From NCBI GenBank assembly GCA_002633005.1, contig NMRA01000541.1, positions 1 through 64,000 of the forward strand: a DNA stretch of 64,000 bases, written 5' to 3'. Position numbers and translations under genes: made by a program. Below are positions 38,001-50,000 of the stretch, one piece after another. Every line of letters begins with the position of its first letter. The first letter of the stretch is position 1. The notes under the pieces are model-generated. The model did not search any database. It saw only the letters and a program-made list of their open reading frames with translations, and was not told where the DNA came from. The stretch comes from Phoronis australis (taxonomy: Eukaryota; Animalia; Phoronida).

Positions 38001-41000
38001 CTAGAGACTGTGGTCACTGTCTATGGCCGTGCGTGCTTACATGTATGTCTCTGAGTTCGTAATTAATCTTGGTAGCTCCTGATTTTGAAATCAACAGTTT
38101 GCAAGTTACGATTGCCGAATCTCAAAATCAGGAATCACCATTGGCAATGGAACTATTGAATTGATCTGTATAACCTTTTCGTCGTTTGGTTTTCACTGCA
38201 TATTTTGACCGATTGCTCAGATTTGTCGGTAAAATCTAAATTATTGAATACGGAAGGACATCCCTCTACATGTAAATGGTATACCCCCAGGAATAGGTCA
38301 CAGTATACCCAAGTTAACTCTCACAAGTCAACATGTAAAGTATTGTTACACACAGTATAAAATGCATAATTATGATATAATTGAACCAAATTATTCAACG
38401 AAAACAAGAGAAATCTGATTCATCTGATTAAGGGGCGGAGTACAAGGTTTTGATTTTTTTTCCGGGCTGCGGAATACTTGAATACTGCAAAAATTTGCAA
38501 TATTCTGCCTTACAAACTTCAGATTGAATAAAACTCAAGTTTGAGTGGTTTCATTAAACCAAATATTTCAGTGTCGTGACGAAAGTGGTAGTTTTTTTTG
38601 GATGTAACTTTTTTTTCTTTTAATTGGTATACAGAACAGAAATACAGATATATAAGGCAAAAATCAAGCCCTTCTCACTCTTAGCATACACGCCACACGC
38701 ACCCGCCCCCCAACCTACTTTTAGTAGGATGTTGTCAGGCAAAGGTTATGGTTAACCAGTTTCTCCAGGTTGCATGGTATTCATCTAAATTACCATTATT
38801 CAATAAACTCCTTCTTTGAATGAAAAATTCTCTTTCTAATATCTTAAGGAACTGACAGAAATTTGGGATTATTTTTTTACACCTGGATAGGTAAATAAAA
38901 TGTTTTAATTGAAAAAGTATCCAATTTAAAACTTTATTTTCATTACTTATGGGCATCCCAAAAAACATTGTTTTTTTGTCAATAACCATATTTATACCTT
39001 TTACCAAAAACACCCAAATGCGTAATTCTCCCATCAATGTTTTTATATTGTTGCATTCGAAAAAGATGTGATCCACTGTTTCACTTTGCGAATGACAGAA
39101 AGTACATACATCAGAGTCCACCCTGTTAATTGTTTCTAAGAAAAGAGTTGGTTACAAGTAATCTATGTAATAGTTTAAACTGCAGTGTACATAACTTGAA
39201 ATCATAAGTAGTTTTAAAAGACAGTGAATATCATTTTTTCCAGTCATAACTTCGAAAGTTATAAACTTCTTTTTGAATTTTTTTTGGGCAATAGGCAAAA
39301 TGTTGTTGTGGCAGACACTTTCGTATATCATTTTACATATTGATGTGCAGTTTAAAAAATACGGATATTAATTAAAAGGTATTATTGGTCCATATATCTT
39401 AATTAACTGCATTTGTAATGGTGTTCTCCTCAGAAACGACCTAATAGACTCAATCAGAGAACAATATTCCAAAAGTTTGTAGATAAATTCGAGATCTTTT
39501 TGAATTCAGTAAATGAGTAAAAACTGTTATTTTCATCAAGTATCTCATTAATAAAAAGAACACAACCACTAACATACTTTCTAAAGAAAATAGATTTTCT
39601 GTCTATTAGCATTTCATCGTTACCCCATAAACTTGTTGAGAGTAAATCGTTTGCATCTTTATGGGGCTGTTCACTAATGAAAAAAGACCAGTTACTTAGA
39701 ACTTCGTTCCAAAAAGAATTGATTACTTCAGTATGGTATTTAATAAAAACATTTCCAAAATTTATAATATTTGACTTAGCAATCCCTGTTTCAAGCTCAA
39801 ACAATTTCACCCATTTTGATTCAGAATTAAGTAATCTCTTTACCCATGAAATTTTTATAGCCTTGTTAAAAAGAATGATATTTAACATTTTAACTCCCCC
39901 TTCCTCATAAGTTTTGATTAACACATCTCTCTTCACTCTCTCAACTTTGTTATTCCAAATAAACTTAAAAATGCTTGCATTCAATTCATTCATAATAATG
40001 TCTGATGGAGTAGGCAGGGTTGTCATAATGTGAATAATTTTTGGCACCATCAAGGTCTTCACCACCGTAACTTTCCCAAAAAAGGAAATTTTTCTTCTAG
40101 ACCAAATTTTGATAAGATGATTGATTTCATCAATTCTCTCATTGTAGTTCATGTCAATCATTTTTTCTAGGTTAACACTAAACTTGATACCTAGCATCTT
40201 AGATTCCGTCATGCCCCATTCCTACTTCCATCTTGCGTGATGGGAAACATCCTTGCAAAATTTTTTACTGCCCAACCAAATAACATTAGTTTTGGAAAAA
40301 TTTACTCTCAAACCAGACATATCTGCATATCTACTCAAAACTTCCATAATAGCTTCCAAACTACGCCTTGAACCATCTAAGAAAAACGTCGTGTCATCAG
40401 CATACTGAGTCAGTATAAATTCCTCATTTCCTATTTAAATGCCTTTAATTTCCCTATCTTGTTTCGTCATCATAGCTAATATTTCAGCACATAAAATAAA
40501 AACATACGGAGAAAGAGGATCACCTTGTCTACAGCCCCTGTGCAGAGTAAAACTTCTGGACAGGAAACCGTTTTGAACAATGTATGACACGGGACAATTA
40601 TAAAAGGTTTTAATCCAACGCTTAATTGAGGCCTTGAAATTATAAATATCCATTTTGGATGCAACTTGACCTACATGTATGTGTGCTTTGAGTTGAATAT
40701 GGACTGAGTAGTTTGACCTCCGCATGTCAGGTAGAGCATGTTTCCTTTCCCCAGAGCTATTTGGTTCGAACCTCAACCTGTCTTTGCAAATGTCAACAAG
40801 GAAAGTGATTGGTAGGAGCACTTGGAACTAGATATCCAAACACACGCATCGAAAGAATCACCACAATGGTGGTGTTGGGTGTCTGCACCCAAATGGAGGT
40901 AGAGCTTCATATGCTCCATTGTTTAGCGAAAAATAATGCTGCTGTCAGGGTTTGAATTTGAAACAGGATGAAAAAAATATCTTTGGTTTAGCCATTGCCT

Positions 41001-44000
41001 TTTTAAGTTTTAACAAGCTCAAAGACTCCTGTAGCCATTTATTCAAGACAGTGTAAATCGTCTTGGTTTTGCTACACGTTCCAAAATGTGGAAGCATCCG
41101 CGTGAGATTTAACTTTCACTTCTGACCCCGGTTATGCTGGTTAAATGTCCATGTAACATTAGTAAGGGGACATTTCAGGGCTGTGCTCGAGAGTGCTTGT
41201 TAGAAATACGGCAAGCGCCGCTCATTTTGTGGAGTTGTGAATTGCCTTTATAAAAATAATGGGAATTGTAGTTGATCTCAGCTGCCAAACTAAAGTTTAA
41301 TCATCTGGTAATTATATTCCATAGGTTTAGATTGTCATAGATTTTTGAAAAAAGTTAAAAAATACCCAATATGTTAGCTGGCAAGCCTGAAGTCCCAACT
41401 TTTGTAAGCACATTAATTTTTGTTATATGAATGGTTTCCTCTAGATTGCTCTTGCATGGTAGGTAACCAAGTTGTGAAGATTCAAGTTATTTTGGATATT
41501 TTAGTAGTAAATCCGGGCGTGCGTTCAACAACACAAGGATCTACGCTAAGACCTAGCAAAAAATCTACCTTAAGTCTCACGTAATCTCGCGAAGTCTGTT
41601 TTTTTACTGAACAGGATGCAGGTTTAAAAATCCATTCACAACATTTGAAAAGTGTCAAACTGCAGTGCATGATTGGATTAAACATGAACACTTGAACTTG
41701 AATCCTGCCCTTACAAAAATGAACTTAAGTTTTCATCGAAAAACTTAAGTTTTTGGTCTGAAAAACTTAAGTTTGCATTCCCGAAAACTTAAGTTTTTGT
41801 CGAAAACTTAAGTATTTTGGAACAAGATTTTTGGAACGAACTTAAGTTTTCATAACTTAAGTTTTCAAAAACTTAAGATCTGAAAACTTAAGTTTTTCAA
41901 AAACTTAAGTTCGGAAAACTTAAGTTTTTCAAAAACTTAAGTTCTGAAAACTTAAGTTTTTCAAAAACTTAAGTTTTTTGAAAACTTAAGTTTTAAAAAC
42001 TTAAGTTCGTTCCAAAAAACTTGTTCCAAAATTTAATTTTTTGGAAAACTTAAGTTTCAGAAACTTAATCTTTTGAAAAACTTAAGTTTTGGAACAAGTT
42101 TTTAGTAACAGACATAAGTCATCAAAACTTAAATTTTTGAAAACTAAGTTTTCCGAACATAAGTTTTTAAGGAACTAACTTTTGAAAACTGAAGTTTTCT
42201 AAAAGCAATAAGTTTCAATAGGATAGACATTCAAAAATTTCGACTTTCACTAAAACAAGAGTGGAGTACAGTAACAAATTTAATGATTCTCATAAAGTTC
42301 TAACATTACATTAACAGTGATTAATTGCAGAAAATAAAATGCACTGCCTAAAATACACCAGTTCCTTAAAATAAGTGAACATAAGTGAAATATCAAAATC
42401 TTAAAAACCAGAAACATTTCAAAAATTAGTTCATCAAGTGTCATGCATACCATGCAGTGAAAACTAAATGAGGCTAATAATATGTTCATTATTTGCGTCG
42501 TTCTTAATCTATGACAATTATGCGATAACTGAGGGAGCAAAATGGAATGTACAAACAGAGAAATCACTACCAAATCATGAAACACAACCAAAGAAAATGT
42601 GATTACATAGCCAGGAAAGTCACAACAAAATTTACGTTTCAACTAAAATTACAGCAATGACACCAAGAATAACAAGTCACTTAATATGCAAATTCCAAGA
42701 ATATCTGCAGAGACAAAAGCATAACATAAAACGTAAGAGGTAACTAAAAGTTTATCGACAATGGCGACAGGTCTGATTTTGGGAAGTACAATCCTTATGC
42801 TAGAAATAGTGCCTAGAATCACCTATAATTGTTTGCAACCTTAAAAATATCAATTTAAATGTCAAAGTTTCGTTTTGTTGACAATCATAATAAAAGCAAA
42901 TCCAATACACTCCATGGTGCGAACAAGTTTCACTAAAAGTAACCCTAAGTACAACCTGGTTATACGAGATGGAAATTAGAAAACTTAGACCATTGACCAC
43001 AAAAATATTCATTTTCCTTTAATTTAAAGCTACTGAACTTCATACAAATANNNNNNNNNNNNNNNNNNNNNNNNNNNNNNNNNNNNNNNNNNNNNNNNNN
43101 NNNNNNNNNNNNNNNNNNNNNNNNNNNNNNNNNNNNNNNNNNNNNNNNNNNNNNNNNNNNNNNNNNNNNNNNNNNNNNNNNNNNNNNNNNNNNNNNNNNN
43201 NNNNNNNNNNNNNNNNNNNNNNNNNNNNNNNNNNNNNNNNNNNNNNNNNNNNNNNNNNNNNNNNNNNNNNNNNNNNNNNNNNNNNNNNNNNNNNNNNNNN
43301 NNNNNNNNNNNNNNNNNNNNNNNNNNNNNNNNNNNNNNNNNNNNNNNNNNNNNNNNNNNNNNNNNNNNNNNNNNNNNNNNNNNNNNNNNNNNNNNNNNNN
43401 NNNNNNNNNNNNNNNNNNNNNNNNNNNNNNNNNNNNNNNNNNNNNNNNNNNNNNNNNNNNNNNNNNNNNNNNNNNNNNNNNNNNNNNNNNNNNNNNNNNN
43501 NNNNNNNNNNNNNNNNNNNNNNNNNNNNNNNNNNNNNNATTAGATAGGAATTATGCAAGTTTCAATGTGCTTAACAACAAGAAAAAGTTTCATAACGGGA
43601 GTATTTGTTCGAGTTGGAAGGAATTAAACACATTGACAACCTCCTAAGGTGTTCCTCTATGCGCAAAAGGTATTTATAACAACGTGACTTTGATGGTTTA
43701 GTCGGTGCGAGGCATAATTCGCCGAAAAGCTTCCGGCGTACAGAGCGCCTATAGCCTCTACATCGCCTCTGCTTCGGGCCAACAGAGGCGATGGTCATTG
43801 CCTAGTTTAATGCATGAGGGCGTATACACTAATGAATACACATAAGTGTCTAGAGTTCGTCCTAGCTCATTTCGGCGCCTGTGAACATGTGACAATGGTT
43901 CAGATACCATAGTTACTCTTCTAATTTGGGAGACGATTACACTTTGCCTTGGTAGTTCCCCCCCTTGCATTGATCACACTGCCACAATCTCAGAAGACAG

Positions 44001-47000
44001 AAATATAATAGAGTAATAGCCTTATGTGAACGTTATGGCTTCCCCTGAAGTATTACGCGTTAGAAGTTTAGATAATTCACACACAGAATGAGTCCATGTC
44101 GGTGTTTGACAGCGTGACTCGTGAGTGGCTGACAATAACAACTGGACTTCTGAAGTCTGAACTTAACACGTTCGTTGGAAATCACAGCACCGATTGTGGC
44201 CAATCGATTTTAGAACGCTTTCTGGCACTAACCTGACTTCCAAAACTTCTGAAATGTCTTCTTGCTGGCTCTGCTCGTAGTAATATAAACTTCATTGTCG
44301 CAGGCTAGCCAACACACGACTTTTTCTTCGAAGTTGACTGTCGGTTATAAAATCCAAACTGTTGACTTCCGGTGGAAACTGCCTTACGAATACAACTCAA
44401 CACAAAGGAAACGTGCACAAGAACTACGTTTTTTTAAGAATTGCATGAAATCAATTGATTACATTGTACTGACCAGGTCAGTGTCTCAGGGGATTAACAT
44501 TTGGTGCATTCTTACTGCTGTTTGTCACCGGATGTTCGCCTACATTTAAATTCACAAAGACGTGCCGTAATGATTACATAACTGCACTAATTCTATACTG
44601 ACCAGGTTAAATGTTCGTCGTTTTGTGGTACTTGCATCTATATAAATGCTAAGGAAACATTCGGGCAACATTTTTTTTGAGATGATGGGTTTTGCATGAG
44701 CAAACAATAATTTTTTGTTGGAATATAATGGGAAAAAATTTCGAACCAAAAAATAAATAGATCTCACAATATTCAAATTTTAAAAACTTGAAAACGTAAA
44801 TTTTCATCACATGGAAACCTTAAAGTTTTTAGAAAATTCAAGTTTTCCACAAATGAAAAAATCCAGTTTTCTGAAAAACTTAAGAAGTCAGGAAAACTTA
44901 AGTTTTTAAATAAAATTACAAAAACTTAAGTTTTGTGATAAACTTAAGTTATCAGAAAAACTTAAGTTTTTTTCGCCAAAAACTTCAGTTTTCAGCGAAA
45001 AACTTAAGTTCATTTTTGTAAGGGTGAAGAGTGACTGGGTAATTTTTGAGTTTGAATATTATTTTCTTGGTCTTGCATATACGTCAGTAAGTATATGCGA
45101 GTTTCAGAAATCAGTGTTACATACATACACTGTATAAACAGCACAGTAAATATCTACCAAGTTAACGCGTAGCTTTTACTCGTCTCCTATTAAATGTTGG
45201 TGTGTTTATTGCAGAGTGAGACTATAACAATCGTTCGATAATGACAGCTACCCAGACAACAGAACATTAGATTTTATAAACTGTAGCTTATTATTCAGTT
45301 AATCTGATCACAGAAACACGCGTTTGTAGTCACAAATCATGGATTAGTTTGATTATGAAGCTAAGAGAGCAGATGCATCTGAAGTAGATTAAAGACAGGT
45401 TAATGTAAGCCAACTACCTTTTAGATATGGAAAATACATGTACTTTTGTGCGTAGATCTCGGATAAGGCGCTATTGATTCACTCACCACTCACGTCAAAC
45501 CAAGTTTCGAAGTATTTGCACCCATGTAAAAAGTCAAACGTCAGCTACGTTTCGCACTAAATCTGGCCACGGCAGACCTACCAAACTCGTGTTTCACGTA
45601 AGATAACTTGATTGTCCATTAACACTATCCCCGAAAATAAATCATCGCGGCACTGGTCGGTGCCATTTCATAAGATCGTGACTCAGAGATGTCGTCAATT
45701 AACGGTGTGAGTGGATGTACCTCTCGTTTTTATTGCAAAAAAACATACGTGAAGAAAACAGCCCTTGACTTTTACTTGCCAAACGACGGTCACAAATTGT
45801 CTTGCATCAATGTCGACAAGAAGTACCCAAACCCTCGTTTTTCGTTTTAGGGACAGAACGCGCGACATAAGTATTAGTCATCTGTTACTCACATGTTGCA
45901 GCCAATATATCGGGTACTCCAAAGGTGGGAACTTAGCTGTGCGCACATCAAAAAAGAACGGGGGGCAGTTCTAAATAGAATATTGCACCGGCTAAACTCG
46001 ATTAAGCTCTTGGGTGTTGCATATACTCTAATGCATGTGACCAATACATAGCGCTGATTCAACTTTAACCTTCAGACATATTCTTTGAACTGAACATTGC
46101 GAAAGGGTGTATTTGCAAACCCCGCATTTGAATATCAGGCAGTGCGTCTTTTGGTATAGTTTGGAGGCACGCAGTTGAAAAATAGTGCAGTCAGCATGCC
46201 GATGGGTAGTGCTATGACGGGGATAGGCAACACGTAGCCCCTCGGTTGGCCGGTGAGGGGCTACAGCACTTCCCATCGTTTTCTGTACGATTTTCGTTCC
46301 GTGTATTTTAAACGGGCGGTACGCCAATTCCGGCCATAAATTAGGAGATTTCAGCTCGTCGAAAATACATTCCATGATTAAAACTATCACATAAAAAGCC
46401 CTTACTTTCTGCAGTGTTTTTTCTACTTCAACACATGTCTTCGGTTAGGCTTTCTGATGAGAATTAAGGTGATTTTGGTGAAGAATTTCAACTCCACTTT
46501 TTGGTCACCATCTTTTTCACCACGCGCGCGATAGCCGCATTAGTATTTCAACTGAGTCACATAAGATAGGCAAAGGCTAGCGCGAGACTGAGAGAAGCGA
46601 GTGATGCTGGTGCCTGACACTTGCAAAATAGCAGGCGAAATTTGTAAGATTCGTTTATTTTGGACTTTTTATTCGTCAACATGCGCGATTTCACGTGACG
46701 TCCTGAAAATGGCATCTAGTAAAAGAAACTCGAGCAAACTGCGACAGATTCTCATCGATTTGTTCAAATTATCTTGACTGAATCGTCCCCAGACTTACAT
46801 GTATGTTATGTGTAAAGTATAACTCCATGTGCGTACATGCATAGTTCATTTGATTTTATTTCCTGTTCTTTGAAATTCGTTACTTTTTATGGGGATGTAT
46901 TATCGTCCCTGAATGCCTGAGACATCCTGGCGATGTGATTGCCTATGGCGGGGACGGCGTATTTCCGACTTCAAAGTATAAACTGCCTTGTGCAATTGGT

Positions 47001-50000
47001 CTTTCACATCGAACGATAGTTGAAACATGACAACCTATTCGCATGCCTCTGTCTGTCTTTTTATGCAATGATAATTTGTTCCCACCGTTTAGACTTTCCT
47101 GCAGGTCTCAGTAATTGGCGGGCAACTGGCTGAGTCGGCAACGGTCTATGTTCCGTACACCTAGTGTAAATTGCCTTTGTCTTCAAATGAAGAATAATAG
47201 TGATAAAAATGACTAATTTTACTTACAAACAACAACCATCACCTACGATACGGTCCGTAGCGTGTTCCGTGACAATTGACCGGTTTTCCCCTTCTTTTCT
47301 ACTTCACTCGGACTCCTCTGATTCCAACATATACGGTGCTAATCCATCCAAACGTTGTTTCTACATTTCCTTAACCTTCAATTTCATCCGTACATTTCAT
47401 TTAACTCTTCCGCTGGGACGTCCGTCCATGGCAAGGTATTATGCTTTTCGGACCCAAGTGCGAAACATCCGGGTTATTCTTTTTATCATGCTGCAGGCGA
47501 GCCTTTCGCCTCGTAAGATCTGTAACGTCGCCTTACGCCCTGACACAATCCCATAACTCTAACGGAGCGACTGTAAACGGATTATTCTCTGGTACGTGCC
47601 TTCCGCCAGGATGTTTCCTCAAATCCCAATGCTCAACTTTTATCAGTTTTGTTCCTTCTACGGTTTTTCTCATCCATTCACTGTTTTCCTGGGTGTCTGT
47701 AATGCTGTCCGAAATGTTCTGTTTCAATGCATTTCAAGTTATTCTTCCTCATCGTTCTGATTTTGCTTTGACTGTTGTCATTGTAATATTGTAAGTAAAA
47801 CTGTTTACTATTGTTTCATAATGAGTTTATAGAAATCTAACTATGTAATTAGATGTGAATATTGTTTAAATATTGCACGATCAAAAAATGGATGCGTTGG
47901 TGTAATATATTGGCAGCTAATTTTGCTATGGATACAAAATTGAGGTGTTTTCAAATAACATTGATTCACAGACTTATTTGAACTAATATTGTTTTGCAGA
48001 AATTTATGTACTTATGTCATATGTGAGTACTTTTTGTAATAGTGAGTCTAAAGATCTTGTTCAGTTGTATTGGTCTTGTACAATGGTTAAAAATTTTTGG
48101 GTGGATGTAAACAACTGGACTGCTTTGAAAACTGGTGAGTCTCTTAAACTGAACTTACACGAAGTATTGCTTGGACGGCTTAATGCAGAACATGTTGTTA
48201 ATTTGGTCATATGTTTTGTTAAATATTATATTCATATTGTGACATTAAATCCTAATGTTTACTCAAAAAACTCTTGTTGTCAGGAGCTTGAAAAAGTAAT
48301 TTTCAATCAAATTATAAATGATTCATATATTTGAGTAATATTCGTCTTTGACAATATTCTGAACCCGAGTGATTTTTGTATGCGCGTATGTATTTTCACT
48401 TTTTATATTGTGAAATATATTGTTCAAATGATATATAATTATGTAAAACAGTTTGTCAGCTCCTGTGCATAAGCCAAGTCCATATTCACTTGGACTTCTT
48501 CTCGAACTTGCTGTCAAAATTGTTTCGTCAATTATGTTATTCAGTCTTCATTTTTGGTGGCTATGGTTTTCTTTTATTGTCACGACATATTTTTTGGTTA
48601 ATTATTCTTTTAGTTTAGTATATCTTCACCTCTGGTAGATATTTGTTTGATGATCTTCTTTTAGCATAAGTACCTATGGAATTTACTCATTTTTTACGCA
48701 AAAATGTATCATATTCATTACACCATATCTTATATGTCAAGTGTCATATAGTGTTTGATTTTACTTTATTTCTGTTTCTGTTGACAAAGGAAGTTATTAC
48801 ATCCGAAAATTTCATTTGATCCATCCTTGTTGTTTTATTTACCTATTTATATAAAGTAAGCATAACACACGCTGCGATTGTCTGAAAAGTGCTTATCGTT
48901 GCTTAACAGTCTCAAACAGTCGTTTCATAAGAGTAAGGCAGAGCTATAGCAATGTTTTTTCTCATGCAAGTACAGAGAATATTGATAAGCACGGAAATTG
49001 ATGATATTGCTCATTTATTGGATTCTAAGATAAAGAATATTACAAAAATTTTAAAACATTGTGTAATTCGTGGGTTTACCATTGTGTCATATGACTACAT
49101 TTTTGTCTGTATGAAGTCTTCACAATACCTAGATACATCTCATTACATAGTCAAAATCCTTAAATTGGAAAGGAGATTAACAAGAGTTGCTCCTCTTCCT
49201 AATATTCACTTTTCCTGGGAATCCTTAGTGTCTACACAAATTCGCAAGAGCTACAGACAAAAACGGGTAAAGTTGAAAAAAGTGTCTGGTAAACATAACA
49301 TGGAAACTAAAGTAAATATTGCACTTTTCTTCGCCTTGCAAAGGCGTAATGAATTGCTTGCGAAACGTGAAAAGTCGTCCTTTTCAGATTTACTCAAAGT
49401 TTCTGTCTGACTGGACTTCATTGTCTCCTTCTAGCTCACTAAAAAGAATTACCTTAGTAGAACACAAAAAATTGCGATTTCTTTACTCGCACAAGTACAC
49501 CAAAAGCAAGTAAACCGGTCACAATTAATCCTCCAAGGTGTTCAAAGCGCATAGATGGTCTGATTTTCAGTTCAGTTGTGTGGTAATAGGGTGCTTTGTC
49601 GTGGCTTTTTGTGACATGTAAATAATGCATTGAGACACCTTTAGAGATGTTCATATTATGTGCCAGTCTATCTTATTATACTGGTCTTACAGGTGCATTT
49701 CCTTAAAGGTTCAGTTCACTTGTGTGAAGAAATGGTGCTTCCTTTTTGCTTTGTTTTAGTGGCATGTAAATAATCTAGTGAGGCACACCTTCAGAGATGT
49801 TCATGTTATGTGCGACTTGATCTTATTCTACTGGTCTCACGGTTGTATTTAAAGTTTCAGTTCAGTTTTGTATAGGTAGGATGCTTCGTTGTTGCTTTGT
49901 TTTATAGACATGTAAAAAACCTACTGAAGCACACCTTCAGAGATATTCTTATTATATGCGAGTTGATCTGATTCTACTGATCTCACAGTTGTATTAAAAG

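Noticed and set aside
40715-40785. tRNA-like A/B boxes (GGTAGAGCA...GGTTCGAACC)
   Set aside because: No convincing cloverleaf or acceptor stem; at most a decayed SINE head.
41720-42200. CRISPR-like repeat array
   Set aside because: Short palindromes without unique spacers, eukaryotic context, no cas genes; explained as TE subterminal repeats.
43040-43558. 172-aa ORF
   Set aside because: Artefact of the N-run assembly gap.
47200-47790. Possible LINE ORF1 remnant on the minus strand (DLTRRK)
   Set aside because: Only a weak motif echo; cannot be supported without a search.
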